A stretch of DNA of 64,000 nt, taken from Gemmatimonadota bacterium (GTDB lineage Bacteria; Gemmatimonadota; Gemmatimonadetes; Palauibacterales; Palauibacteraceae). The notes beneath the pieces were generated by a model. It was not told the DNA's origin. It did not search any database and saw only the letters and a program-made list of their open reading frames with translations. The DNA lies in the NCBI GenBank assembly GCA_029262175.1, contig JAJCZV010000235.1, positions 3,014 through 67,013 of the forward strand, in the 5' to 3' direction. Below, piece by piece: positions 9,752 to 19,408 of this stretch (within the stretch, counting starts at the first letter, position 1; each line of letters opens with the position of its first letter). Position numbers and translations under genes: made by a program.

Positions 9752-10657
9752 CTAATCGTTGGGACGGCCCACACGCTCGACGTATTTGGCGTAGAGCGCG
9801 CGAGCCACTGGGCCGGGCTGGCCCGACGCAATGCGGTCGCCGTCGACGGTGACGGTTGGACGCACCTCCGTCGTGGTGCCGGTAAAGAACACCTCATCGG
9901 CCGCGTAGAGTTCGGGAAGCGAGAACGGGCGTTCCTCGACGCCGATGTCCAACTCGGCTGCGAGTTCCAGGACGAAAGCACGTGTGACTCCGTGGAGTAT
10001 GCGGTGGGTCGCCGGGGCCGTAACCAACGTCCCCGCTATCACTGCGAAGACGTTGTTGTGCGTTCCTTCCAGCACCATTCCTTCGCGGACGAAGATCGCG
10101 TCCTCGACACCCGCTTCCACTGCGGCCTGCTGCGCCAGGACGTTGGGTAGCAATCCGGTCGTCTTGATATTGGCGCGCCCCCAGCGCTGGTCCGGGACGG
10201 TGATCGCGGCGAAACCACGGTCCCATTCGGTCGGCGTCATACGGCGGAGCGTCTTTGCGAACGCGTAGACGGTCGGAGCCACGGGGTCCTTTGGGAACGC
10301 GTGAGTCCGGGGGGCGGCACCTCGCGTGATCTGATAGTAGAAGACGGCGAACTCGGCTTCGACCAGGTCGTTTCGAGTGATCAGCTCGGCACAGACCGAC
10401 CGGAGCCCTTCGACATCGTATTCGATCGCGATGGCGTGGAGTCCGTCCGCCGTGCGAGCGAGATGTCGTTCGAGTAGAAAAGGGGTCCCGGCATAGATGG
10501 GCGTCGCTTCGTAGATCGCATCGGCGAACAGGAACCCTCGGTCGTTGACCGAGACCTTCGCCTCTTCGATCGGAACATAGTCTCCGTTTAGATAGACGGT
10601 ACTGATGGTTCTGCACCTTTTCGACGGGCCCGAGCCCTGGTGAGCTGGGAAGTTCAC
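9752..10657 (-). CDS. Class IV aminotransferase (branched-chain amino acid / D-amino acid aminotransferase)
   Basis: VYLNGDYVPIEEAKVSVNDRGFLFADAIYE and ...EVFFTGTTTEV are class IV (BCAT/DAAT) signatures. GTG start. Confidence 0.75.
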   Translation of the reverse strand: MNFPAHQGSGPSKRCRTISTVYLNGDYVPIEEAKVSVNDRGFLFADAIYEATPIYAGTPFLLERHLARTADGLHAIAIEYDVEGLRSVCAELITRNDLVEAEFAVFYYQITRGAAPRTHAFPKDPVAPTVYAFAKTLRRMTPTEWDRGFAAITVPDQRWGRANIKTTGLLPNVLAQQAAVEAGVEDAIFVREGMVLEGTHNNVFAVIAGTLVTAPATHRILHGVTRAFVLELAAELDIGVEERPFSLPELYAADEVFFTGTTTEVRPTVTVDGDRIASGQPGPVARALYAKYVERVGRPND

Positions 10658-10744
10658 GGGTTGTAAGACCGTCCGTCAATGCGGAGGTTAGATCGTCTGA
10701 GCTTTCGCGATCGCAGGCCACCGGCATAGAACCAAAGGACGACG

Positions 10745-12169
10745 ATGAACCGACCCCTCTGTCTTCTCGCACTCGGCCTCCTCGGCGTCATCGGGGCCGC
10801 GCCCGCGCATGCTCAAACGACCGCCCTGATCGGGGCCACCGTGATCGATGGAACCGGCGCGACGACCCCCAGGGGCGTAGTTCTGGTCGAGGGCGATCGT
10901 CTGACCTGCGTCGGTACGGCCGACGAATGTCACGTACCGTCAGGGGCGAATGAGATCGACCTCACCGGCCGTTTCATCACCCCGGGTCTCGTCGACGCGC
11001 ACGTCCATTTTAGCCAGACGGGTTGGGTCGACGGGCGACCCGATGGTCTGCTTGCACCGGAGATCTACCCTTACATCGAGACCTCGGAGTACAACCGGGA
11101 CCACCCCGAGCGCTGGCATCAATCCTATCTGTGCAGTGGGATCACGGCCGTCTTCGATGTTGGCGGTCACCCTTGGACGACGGGGCTCTCCTCCTCTTCG
11201 GAAGACGACGCCAATGCCGCGCATGTCCGCGCGGCCGGTCCCCTGATTACGCACGCCACACGCACCGCGCTCATGGCCAACGAGGATCTCTACACGTTTC
11301 TTCCAATGGATACGCGGGCGGAGGTCTCCGAGAGCGTGCGACAGTTGGCTGCCATGGGTTCGGGCGCGGTCAAGGTCTGGTACCTACGTCCACCGGCAGA
11401 CCGACGTGAGGAGTTGGACGCGCGTCTCATGCAGGTGGGAGAAGAGGCTCGATCCGCCGGGCTCGACCTGATCGTGCACGCAACGTCACTTCGCGAAGCA
11501 AAGATGGCGCTCCGGGCCGGCGCCAAGCTCCTCGTACACAGCGTCGAAGACCAACCGGTCGACGGAGAGTTTCTCGAACTCCTGCAGCGCAACGATGCCG
11601 TCTACGCCCCGACGCTTGTCGTCGGCGGGTTTTGGACGCGCGCGCGTGGATCGATCGCGATCAACCAGCCGCCTGAGATCGACGATCCAAACGGGTGTGT
11701 GGATCCCGGTACGCGCGCAAAGCTCCGTCAGACCGCGGAATTGCAGGCGTTGGTACCGGAAGCGGGCCGCTCGCCCGAGCGCTTCTACGCCGGGCTCGAA
11801 CGCGTCGGTCGCGCTCGCTCGGTCATGGCCGACAACATCCGGCGGGTGCACGAAGCGGGCGTGACGATCGCGACCGCGACCGACGCCGGCAATCCGCTCA
11901 CGCTCCACGGACCTTCGATCTACACCGAGATGGAAGCGATGCAGGCCGCGGGGCTCGAAGCCTCGGACATCGTCATCATGTCCACGCGCAACGGCGCAAT
12001 CGCGATGAATCGGCTCGACGATTTCGGCACGTTGGAAGCGGGCAAGCTCGCGGACCTCATCGTACTCGCAGAAAATCCCAACGATGACGTGCGCGCGTTT
12101 CGAAGCCTGACCCACGTGATGCGGGCGGGCCTGCTTCGCGAGCAGAAGGAGCTGGCGTTCCGCCAGTGA
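10745..12169 (+). CDS. Secreted amidohydrolase family protein
   Basis: Signal peptide, then the metal-dependent hydrolase motif (ITPGLVDAHVHF). Confidence 0.75.
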   Translation: MNRPLCLLALGLLGVIGAAPAHAQTTALIGATVIDGTGATTPRGVVLVEGDRLTCVGTADECHVPSGANEIDLTGRFITPGLVDAHVHFSQTGWVDGRPDGLLAPEIYPYIETSEYNRDHPERWHQSYLCSGITAVFDVGGHPWTTGLSSSSEDDANAAHVRAAGPLITHATRTALMANEDLYTFLPMDTRAEVSESVRQLAAMGSGAVKVWYLRPPADRREELDARLMQVGEEARSAGLDLIVHATSLREAKMALRAGAKLLVHSVEDQPVDGEFLELLQRNDAVYAPTLVVGGFWTRARGSIAINQPPEIDDPNGCVDPGTRAKLRQTAELQALVPEAGRSPERFYAGLERVGRARSVMADNIRRVHEAGVTIATATDAGNPLTLHGPSIYTEMEAMQAAGLEASDIVIMSTRNGAIAMNRLDDFGTLEAGKLADLIVLAENPNDDVRAFRSLTHVMRAGLLREQKELAFRQ

Positions 12170-12199
12170 CCCGCCCGCGAATGCCAGCCGGGGCACCGT

Positions 12200-12643
12200 C
12201 TAGGGGAAGATCTCGCGCAGGGCGTTTCGTCTGTACGAGAAGATCTTCTCGAGTTCACGACGAACGAATAATCGGTCTACCAGACGCCCGCCCGGGACGG
12301 CGTAGTCGACGTGATCCTCGACACGGGTGCCCCCGTCGACCGGTGTGAAGGTGTGCGTGTGAACCCACCGTCGATACGGTCCCTTTAGCTGTTCATCGAC
12401 AAAGCGGACGGACGGTTCCCAAGCCGTGATCTCGCTGCGCCAACTCATCGGCAACCCCCGCATCCGAAGCCGATAGTCGATGCGCGTGCCGACCGCCATC
12501 ACGATGGGCGTCGGCGAGGTGATCCGAAGCCGGAGCCAGGGCGGAGTCAGCGTCTCCAGGTTCTCCGCGTCGGCAAAGAACGAGAAGACTTCATCGATCG
12601 GATAGGCCAATCGTTGCTCGGTTACGAACTGTGCGCCGTTCAT
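12200..12643 (-). CDS. SRPBCC family protein (polyketide cyclase/dehydrase-like)
   Basis: A ~147 aa protein with a START/Bet v1-like pattern (YPIDEVFSFFADAENLETLTPPWL...). Transcribed divergently from the ECF sigma gene. Confidence 0.6.
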   Translation of the reverse strand: MNGAQFVTEQRLAYPIDEVFSFFADAENLETLTPPWLRLRITSPTPIVMAVGTRIDYRLRMRGLPMSWRSEITAWEPSVRFVDEQLKGPYRRWVHTHTFTPVDGGTRVEDHVDYAVPGGRLVDRLFVRRELEKIFSYRRNALREIFP

Positions 12644-12782
12644 ACCGGTGTGTTTCGTACGAACCGCCCAGGCGGATCCGTTTGAGACGGGGAGATCCGA
12701 ATAGCGCTCGCGCGCGAATACGGGATCAGAGCGAAATGCGGGGCCTCCCCACCGTGGGACTCAACGTCATATCTTCTGCCGC

Positions 12783-13367
12783 ATGCGAGATGAGAGCTTG
12801 GTCGTAAAGACCGAAGAGCGTCTTCTCGGAAGCGTCGCGCGCGGCGAACCGGGGGCAGTCAAGGCCTGCTTGGACCAATACGGGTCCTTGGTCTGGTCCT
12901 TGGCGTTGAGGAGGACCGCGTCTCGCGAGGAAGCTGAGGACGCCGTGCAAGAGATCTTCGTGGATATCTGGCGAAGTGCGGAGCGCTACGATCCGGCCAA
13001 GTCGTCCGAGGCCGGGTTCGTTGCGTTGATCGCGCGGCGACGTCTCATCGACCGCTCTCGCAAAGCCAGCCGTCGTCCGATCCTGACCCAGCTCCCCGAC
13101 GGCTTGCAAGCCGGTTCAGACGATCACGAAGCGCTCGAGCGCAGAGTCGAGGCGAGCCAGCTTCTGGAAATGGTCAATGAGTTGCCCGAGAAGCAGCGGG
13201 ACTTCATTCACCTGGCGATTGTCACCGGTCTTTCGCACACGCAGATCGCGGAGCGCACGGATACGCCCCTCGGCACGGTGAAGTCGAACATCAGACGTGG
13301 TCTGGCGGAGATCCGGCGACAGGTTACCGGGTCCGCCTCTCGAGACCAGACGGCGGGGGCATCGTGA
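12783..13367 (+). CDS. ECF (sigma-70 family) RNA polymerase sigma factor
   Basis: Region 2 (YGSLVWSLALRRTASREEAEDAVQEIFVDIW) and region 4 HTH (LPEKQRDFIHLAIVTGLSHTQIAERTDTPLGTVKSNIRRGL). Confidence 0.85.
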   Translation: MRDESLVVKTEERLLGSVARGEPGAVKACLDQYGSLVWSLALRRTASREEAEDAVQEIFVDIWRSAERYDPAKSSEAGFVALIARRRLIDRSRKASRRPILTQLPDGLQAGSDDHEALERRVEASQLLEMVNELPEKQRDFIHLAIVTGLSHTQIAERTDTPLGTVKSNIRRGLAEIRRQVTGSASRDQTAGAS

Positions 13368-14143
13368 ACGATCGACCGCTGCCGCAGCTCGAGGAGCTGC
13401 TGATCGATCGGGCAACCGGAGACCTCGATGCGGAGGGCGAGGCGCGATTCGCCGAGATGTTCGCGACGGAGCCGGGCGCCACTGATGACACCTACGAGCT
13501 GCTCGTCGCCGAGATGACTGCGGCGATGCTCGAACAGGATGGGCTCGAGTCCATGCCCGAATCTGTGGCCGCGGCGATCCTCGAAGGTGCCCAGGATCGC
13601 ACCGCGCCCGTCGATATTTCGCCCGCGACCCACCGCGCGCCACGGGCGTCTTGGCCCACGTGGTCGGGCTGGTTGCTCGCTGCAGCGGCGCTCATTGGCT
13701 GGTTGGTTTTACCCGGCCTGAGGACGCCCGCAGGCCCGCCGCCCGAACCCACGGTCGCGCAGATCAGAGACGCGCTCGTGAGTGGCGGCTCGGCGGTACA
13801 GCTCGCGTGGACCGCCACCGAGGATCCCGCCGCTGCCGGCGCTTCGGGAGAGGTGGTTTGGAGCACGGCAGAACAAGCCGGCGTCATGACGTTTTCCGGA
13901 CTCGAGGCGAATGATCCTTCGATCTCCCAGTACCAGTTATGGATCTTTGACGCGACACGCGACGATCGCTTTCCGGTCGATGGCGGTGTGTTCGATGTCG
14001 TGGCCGGTCAGGACGTATTGATCGAGATCCAGGCCAAGATCGGAGTGCGCGAACCCAGCCTGTTTGCCATCACCGTCGAGCAGCCCGGTGGGGTCGTGGT
14101 CTCGGATCGCGAGCGGATCGTCCTCGTGGCGCAGGCCGATTGA
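13364..14143 (+). CDS. Anti-sigma factor (RskA/anti-sigma-K-like, single-pass membrane)
   Basis: Its ATGA overlaps the sigma-factor stop. An N-terminal anti-sigma region and one TM helix (WSGWLLAAAALIGWLVLP) precede a periplasmic RskA-like C-terminal domain. Confidence 0.65.
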   Translation: MNDRPLPQLEELLIDRATGDLDAEGEARFAEMFATEPGATDDTYELLVAEMTAAMLEQDGLESMPESVAAAILEGAQDRTAPVDISPATHRAPRASWPTWSGWLLAAAALIGWLVLPGLRTPAGPPPEPTVAQIRDALVSGGSAVQLAWTATEDPAAAGASGEVVWSTAEQAGVMTFSGLEANDPSISQYQLWIFDATRDDRFPVDGGVFDVVAGQDVLIEIQAKIGVREPSLFAITVEQPGGVVVSDRERIVLVAQAD

Positions 14144-14544
14144 TGCTCCGATCGACGCTGCTCATGGTCGCGTTTGGGCTCTTCCCCGGAATCACCGACT
14201 CGCACCCCGCCGGGTCGACTGCACGGCCGGACCCGGAAGCATTGGTGGGGACGTGGGTGGTCGATCTTCGACCGACGCCCGACGCCGCGCCGTACCTCCA
14301 GGAGTTCGTCGTCACGTCGGTGGCGAACGGCCAACTCGAAGGAACGTTCTATGGGAGTTCGATCGAAGAAGGACGCATCAACACGGATTGGGGATTGGTC
14401 CGCTTTGCCTTCGTCACCACCGATGGGGCAGGCGTTTATCACACGTCCGGCAGGCTAGACGGGGGACGCCTCGAAGGACTCACGCATTCGCTCGGCCGCG
14501 ACTTCCTCAGTTATTGGACGGCCGAAGGGCCGGCCGCTCGGTAG
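14140..14544 (+). CDS. Small secreted protein of unknown function, co-transcribed with sigma/anti-sigma
   Basis: ATGA overlap with the anti-sigma stop. Signal peptide MMLRSTLLMVAFGLFPG. No recognisable domain. Confidence 0.45.
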   Translation: MMLRSTLLMVAFGLFPGITDSHPAGSTARPDPEALVGTWVVDLRPTPDAAPYLQEFVVTSVANGQLEGTFYGSSIEEGRINTDWGLVRFAFVTTDGAGVYHTSGRLDGGRLEGLTHSLGRDFLSYWTAEGPAAR

Positions 14545-14580
14545 GGTTCGCGAGACCTCCAAACCTCTACGATTGACCTC

Positions 14581-15093
14581 TTGACCTCACGAATCGAATC
14601 GCCGCCCCTTGGGCGGACGCTCATAGCTCTCGCCGTATGCTTGGTGGCCCCGCTCGCGGTTGGCGCGCTATCAGGGCTGGCCACTCAGGACGGCGTGCGG
14701 ACCTGGTATCAGCAAATCGTGAAGCCCGGGTTCACGCCTCCGGACTCCCTGTTCGGGCCGGTCTGGACCGCGCTCTATTTCGCCATGGGCTGTGCGGCGT
14801 TCCTGGTGTGGCGTGCCGGCAATGCTGGCGCCGACGCCCGCGGGGTCCGAGTGAGTCTCATTTGGTTCGTGATCCAATTGTTCGCGAACAGTCTGTGGTC
14901 CGTGATCTTCTTCGGGTTGCAGAACCCGGGGCTCGCGTTCGCCGAGATCCTAGTGCTGTTGGCCCTGATCGCGGTGACGACGAGAAGTTTCTGGGATCAC
15001 TCGCGCCTCGCCGCCGCGCTCATGGTGCCCTACCTGCTGTGGGTGAGCTTCGCGACCGCGCTGAATTTTTCCATTTGGCGTCTCAACGCGTGA
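14581..15093 (+). CDS. tspO: TspO/MBR family tryptophan-rich sensory protein
   Basis: Five TM helices with the conserved WYQQIVKPGFTPPDSLFGPVWTALY block and Trp-rich C-terminal helices. The start is TTG, or a nearby internal TTG/GTG. Confidence 0.8.
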   Translation: MTSRIESPPLGRTLIALAVCLVAPLAVGALSGLATQDGVRTWYQQIVKPGFTPPDSLFGPVWTALYFAMGCAAFLVWRAGNAGADARGVRVSLIWFVIQLFANSLWSVIFFGLQNPGLAFAEILVLLALIAVTTRSFWDHSRLAAALMVPYLLWVSFATALNFSIWRLNA

Positions 15094-15986
15094 GGCGTGA
15101 TCGGCCCTGGTTCGCTCGCCCAGCTCAGTTCGCTCGCTCGGGGACCCTAGCACTCTGCCTCGCGGCCTCAGGGTTTGTTCCCAGGGCCGGTTTCGCGCAG
15201 AGCCCCGAAGGGAGCGGCTGCCCTCCGAATCTCGAGGTACTCGTCGAAGCTCCGTTTGCGGCTTCGCGAGGGATCGAGCCAGGTCACGAGCTTCGCGTTC
15301 GTGCCAATCCCGACGGGGAAACGTGCCTGGCGCGCGTGGCCGGGCTTTTCACGCCGCCCGCCGATCCCTCCAAACTGGTCATCGAACGACCGCGCGTGCT
15401 CTTCCATCTCCCCCAACTGGCGACGCTGACGGGCAGAGCCGACGAAGTCGATCACTTCACGGTTCGGCTAACTCCGGGCCTGGACTTCCGAGCGATCGCG
15501 GAGCAGCTCGAGCCGCTGCTCCCTGGGACGCAGGTCTTGACCACGGCCGAGGTCGCCAATCAAAGTTCGACGACCTTCCTCGTGGTGAGCCGGTTTCATC
15601 GAGCGATCGGGATCATCACGCTGATCGCCGGAGGCGTCTTCCTCGCCTGCATCATGATTCTCAAAGTCCAGGAGCGGCGAGCCCCCATCGCGGCGGCTCG
15701 CTTGGTGGGAATCCCCCGAAGCATGCTGATGGGGTGGACGATCGCGGAGGCGGCCATGGTGTCCACGATCGGCGGGATCTTAGGGCTCGGACTCGGCATC
15801 GCCGCATCGCGGATCATCAACGTGTATTACCAACGCGTCTACGAAACCACGCTCGTATTCTCCCACGTGACGGTCGACATGATTCTGCAAGCGGTTGCGT
15901 TGGCGATCGTGTTGGGGATGGCTGCCGGCGTCTATGCGGCCCAGCGTCTGGTTTCCGCCGACGCTCTTCAAGAAGTGGGACGGTAG
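15090..15986 (+). CDS. FtsX-family ABC permease, short form lacking a canonical N-terminal TM1
   Basis: The C-terminal three-helix FtsX domain is clear (IITLIAGGVFLACIMIL...LVGIPRSMLMGW...AIVLGMAAGVYAAQ). The periplasmic part is only ~130 aa. The proposed GTG start overlaps the TspO stop (GTGA). The N-terminal hydrophobic stretch is short. Confidence 0.55.
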   Translation: MRRDRPWFARPAQFARSGTLALCLAASGFVPRAGFAQSPEGSGCPPNLEVLVEAPFAASRGIEPGHELRVRANPDGETCLARVAGLFTPPADPSKLVIERPRVLFHLPQLATLTGRADEVDHFTVRLTPGLDFRAIAEQLEPLLPGTQVLTTAEVANQSSTTFLVVSRFHRAIGIITLIAGGVFLACIMILKVQERRAPIAAARLVGIPRSMLMGWTIAEAAMVSTIGGILGLGLGIAASRIINVYYQRVYETTLVFSHVTVDMILQAVALAIVLGMAAGVYAAQRLVSADALQEVGR

Positions 15987-15989
15987 ACG

Positions 15990-17174
15990 GTGCTCGCCCG
16001 CTACTCGGTCCGCGAGCTCGTACACCGCCCGCTGCGAACGATCCTCGCCCTTCTCGGTGTGGCGGTCGCTACGGCGATGCTGGTCGACATGCTCATGCTG
16101 GCGGGCGGGATCCAGAGAAGCTTTGCCGAGTTACTCTCGGCCCGCGGCTATGAGCTTCGGATCTCCCCCAAGGGCACGTTGCCCTTCGACACGGAGGCCA
16201 CGATCCCGAACTTCGCCAGCCTGATGGACACCCTCGCGGCGACGAACGGCGTAGCAGGGGTCGGACCGGTGCTGGCGTCCGCGGTGATCCTGGCGCACGG
16301 TGACGGTGCGGCCCCCTCAGACCTTTCGGTGCGCGCGATCGCCCTCGGCATCGATCCAACCGAGCAGGGACTGTTTCGTTTGATCGACGGTGAGGATCCG
16401 GTCGAGAACGAAGTTCTTCTGGACCAACCGACCGCCGAAGCGTTCGGTGTCGCACTAGGCGACATGGTCGAGATGCGCGTCGCCGGCGGTCTCGACGTCG
16501 CGGGACGGTCTGCACAGATGCGGGTTTCGGGGATCGGCGAGTTTCTCTATGCCGCTCGCGGCGACGTCCCGATTGCGGTGCCCCTGGAGGAACTCCAGCT
16601 ACTCACGGGAAAGCTGGATCGGGTGTCGTTCGCGATGATACGTGTCGCGGAGGACGCCGAGGCGGAAGCGGTTCGAACCGAGCTAGCCGGCGCGGCGCGT
16701 GTCGAGGTCGTGACCTTGGCGGGCATCGTCGCGCAGGCCAATGAACGACTCTCGTACTTTCGTCAGCTGGCGCTCATCCTCGGGTCGGTAAGTCTCATCG
16801 TGACCTCGCTTCTGGTCGGCACGATCATGGCTGTGTCCGTCAGCGAACGGCTGGGGACCATCGCGGCGCTGCGGGCGATCGGAATTTCGCGTCGAAGCAT
16901 CGTCGGAAGCCTGACGGCGGAAAGCCTCATCCTTTGCGCACTCGCAGGCGCGGCCGGGCTCGGGCTCGGCGTGATCGTAGCCGAATACCTGGAGACGATC
17001 CTTTCCGACTTCCCGGGTCTCCCGCTCGCCGTCGAGTTCTTCGTTCTCCGACCCGAGAGTCTCGCGACCGCCTATGTGCTTCTCCTCGCGGTGGGGAGCG
17101 TCGCGGGCCTCGTTCCAGCTTGGCGGGCGACCCAGCTCGAGGTGGCCACGCTCCTCCACGCGGAGGAGCCATGA
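15990..17174 (+). CDS. FtsX-family ABC permease (MacB/LolCE-like, full architecture)
   Basis: TM1 (LRTILALLGVAVATAMLVDMLMLAGG), then a ~220 aa periplasmic domain, then three C-terminal TM helices. Confidence 0.75.
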   Translation: MLARYSVRELVHRPLRTILALLGVAVATAMLVDMLMLAGGIQRSFAELLSARGYELRISPKGTLPFDTEATIPNFASLMDTLAATNGVAGVGPVLASAVILAHGDGAAPSDLSVRAIALGIDPTEQGLFRLIDGEDPVENEVLLDQPTAEAFGVALGDMVEMRVAGGLDVAGRSAQMRVSGIGEFLYAARGDVPIAVPLEELQLLTGKLDRVSFAMIRVAEDAEAEAVRTELAGAARVEVVTLAGIVAQANERLSYFRQLALILGSVSLIVTSLLVGTIMAVSVSERLGTIAALRAIGISRRSIVGSLTAESLILCALAGAAGLGLGVIVAEYLETILSDFPGLPLAVEFFVLRPESLATAYVLLLAVGSVAGLVPAWRATQLEVATLLHAEEP

Positions 17175-17884
17175 CGGACACCGTCGGATCGGTGAACCTC
17201 GAGGCGGACAGCGACCGGACGATCGTTACGGCATCAGACGTCGTTCGCGAGTACCGCATGAGCGGCGTTCCCGTTCGCGCCCTCCGCGGCGTATCGCTCT
17301 CGGTCGCGGAGCGGGAGTTCATCGCGGTCATGGGGCCGAGCGGGTCCGGAAAGTCGACGCTGCTCCACCTGCTTGGCGGCGTGGACGTGGCGACATCTGG
17401 CAGGGTCGTTTTTCTCGGTCAGGACTTCGGGCGCATGTCCGTCGAAGCACGCGCACGACTTCGGCTTCGCAAAGTGGGACTCGTGTTTCAGCGTTTCCAT
17501 CTCCTGCCGATGTTGACCGCGCTCGAGAACGTCGAGCTCCCGATCGCAGCGCTCGGTGTCCGGCGAGCGGAGCGTCGCGACCGCGCCGCATCTTTGCTTG
17601 CGCGCGTGGGCTTGGACGACCGGCTGGGCCACCGGCCGGGAGAGCTTTCGGGAGGACAGCGACAGCGCGTCGCCATCGCACGCGCGCTGGCCAACGAGCC
17701 CGCCGTGCTGTTGGCGGACGAGCCGACCGGAGAGCTGGACCGCGCGACCTCTCACGGCGTGCTCGAGTTGTTCCAGCGGCTCAACAGCGAGGGCACCACC
17801 ATCGTCGTCGCCACCCACGACCCGGAACTGGCGGCGGGGGCAAGCCGACACGTTGAAGTCGTCGACGGCCGGATCGGATCATGA
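17171..17884 (+). CDS. ABC transporter ATP-binding protein (MacB/LolD family)
   Basis: Walker [10 protein letters not shown], signature LSGGQRQR, Walker [16 protein letters not shown] overlap with the permease stop. Confidence 0.85.
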   Translation: MTDTVGSVNLEADSDRTIVTASDVVREYRMSGVPVRALRGVSLSVAEREFIAVMGPSGSGKSTLLHLLGGVDVATSGRVVFLGQDFGRMSVEARARLRLRKVGLVFQRFHLLPMLTALENVELPIAALGVRRAERRDRAASLLARVGLDDRLGHRPGELSGGQRQRVAIARALANEPAVLLADEPTGELDRATSHGVLELFQRLNSEGTTIVVATHDPELAAGASRHVEVVDGRIGS

Positions 17885-19380
17885 TCTGGCGGCTCGTGCT
17901 GGCCTCGATTCGGCAGCGACCGGCGCGCAGCCTGCTCCTCCTCTTCGGCTATGCGCTCGGGGTCGGGGTGACGATCGCTCTGCTTTCAATCGGCGGCGCA
18001 CTCGTGACCCAGGCGCGCGATCAGACCTTGATCGGTGGCGGTGACCTCGTGGTGCTCCCGGCCGGTATCGATCTGGAGACGCTGAAGACCGGCGCCGTCA
18101 GCTCGATGTTCTTTTCGATCGAACCTGCCCCGTTCCTGTACCGCGAGGTTCTATCCGGTCCGCGGTTCGAAGATCGCGTGACGGCCGCCGCGCCCTGGAT
18201 CGACGACGAACTCCTATATCTCGAGATCGACGGCGATCTGATCCCGATCTCCGCGGGCGCGAACATCCCGAGCCTCGCGGCGGCGTTGGGCGTCGCACCT
18301 GACCTGGTCGCAGGGGACTGGAGGGACCTGCCGATCGATACTCGCTGGCGCGCCCCGACCGATGCCGAGCTCTACGCTTCCCTCGACAGGCTGCACGTTC
18401 CCGAGGGTGCGGCTGCCGGAGATTCGACCTGGGCCGAGTGGCACTATTTCAATGTGCTCCTGCCCGATGACGCCGGTTGGCTCTATCTGACCTACATGAT
18501 CGCGGGCGAAGTGCCGGACGGTCGATGGGGAGGTCGGCTTCTAGCTACGCTCGTCGAACCTGGAGTGGGGGAGCGTGCCTTCGTGTTCGAGGTCCCGGCC
18601 GACGAGGTCGTCTTCGTCGCTGGTCAGCCGGATCTTTCGATCGCCGGGTCCTCCGTCACGATTGGCTCCGACGGCGTGTACCATCTCGAGGCCCTGATTC
18701 CGAGCGAAGGAAGCGGCGACCCGCTCCGGGTGGACTTGTCGGTGGCGGCCGCTTCGCGCCGGTACTTGCCGCCGCTCGACATCGGCGGCGCGGCACTCAC
18801 ATCGGGGTACACCGTCCCAATGCTCGATGGCCGATCCACGGGCCAGATCTGCGTGGGCACGCGGTGCCGGAATCTGGAGGAGGCCGGCACGTACCACGAC
18901 CATAATTGGGGAACCTGGAGTGAGGTGACGTGGAACTGGGGGCAGGCGACGGTGGGCGAGTATTCCGTCTTGTACGGCGGGGTGGCCAAGTCCGGTCAAG
19001 CCGAGGGGGCCCACTTTCTGTACGTCGCCGACAGCGATGGGTTCGCGGGCGTGTACCCGATCCGCGCTATCCGAACCCAGTGGCGAGACGATCCCTTGAA
19101 AGCGAGCACACCGCATTCGATCTCGGTCATTGCCGGATCCGGGCGCGACTCGCTGGCGCTCGAGATCGATGTTCTTCACGCGCGGGCGACCGCGCTCCCG
19201 GCAGGGGCCGACACTTCGCCCGCGCTCTTCTATCAGATGCGCGGGCGTGCAACGCTGTCGGGGCGCCTGTCGGACACCCCAGCGAGTGGCATGGGATTGG
19301 GGTTCTTCGAGACGTGGGCGCAGGCACCCTCTTCGACGCGGGCTAGCGCCCCTCCGCCCGACCCTTCCCAGAGTCGCTGA
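17881..19380 (+). CDS. Membrane-anchored AttH/CrtC-like (hydroxyneurosporene-synthase-family lipocalin-like) protein with an FtsX-type TM1 N-terminus
   Basis: ATGA overlap with the ATPase stop. The first 45 aa (IRQRPARSLLLLFGYALGVGVTIALLSIGGA) look like a MacB/FtsX TM1. The ~450 aa soluble domain contains AEWHYFNVLL, resembling the (E)WWYF block of the CrtC/AttH family. Confidence 0.5.
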   Translation: MIWRLVLASIRQRPARSLLLLFGYALGVGVTIALLSIGGALVTQARDQTLIGGGDLVVLPAGIDLETLKTGAVSSMFFSIEPAPFLYREVLSGPRFEDRVTAAAPWIDDELLYLEIDGDLIPISAGANIPSLAAALGVAPDLVAGDWRDLPIDTRWRAPTDAELYASLDRLHVPEGAAAGDSTWAEWHYFNVLLPDDAGWLYLTYMIAGEVPDGRWGGRLLATLVEPGVGERAFVFEVPADEVVFVAGQPDLSIAGSSVTIGSDGVYHLEALIPSEGSGDPLRVDLSVAAASRRYLPPLDIGGAALTSGYTVPMLDGRSTGQICVGTRCRNLEEAGTYHDHNWGTWSEVTWNWGQATVGEYSVLYGGVAKSGQAEGAHFLYVADSDGFAGVYPIRAIRTQWRDDPLKASTPHSISVIAGSGRDSLALEIDVLHARATALPAGADTSPALFYQMRGRATLSGRLSDTPASGMGLGFFETWAQAPSSTRASAPPPDPSQSR

Positions 19381-19408
19381 CTCCGATCCACGCCTATTGA
19401 ACGCCGCT

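Noticed and set aside
14637-15089. N-terminal 150 codons of the 449-aa ORF 14637..15986
   Set aside because: This part overlaps the TspO gene in another frame and has Arg-rich low-complexity composition. Only the portion after the TspO stop is the real FtsX permease, so I start that gene at GTG 15090.
15323-16153. 276-aa Arg-rich ORF, and many similar 60-200 aa ORFs in the track
   Set aside because: They overlap confidently assigned genes in other frames and have the Arg/Pro/Gly-rich composition of out-of-frame high-GC translation.
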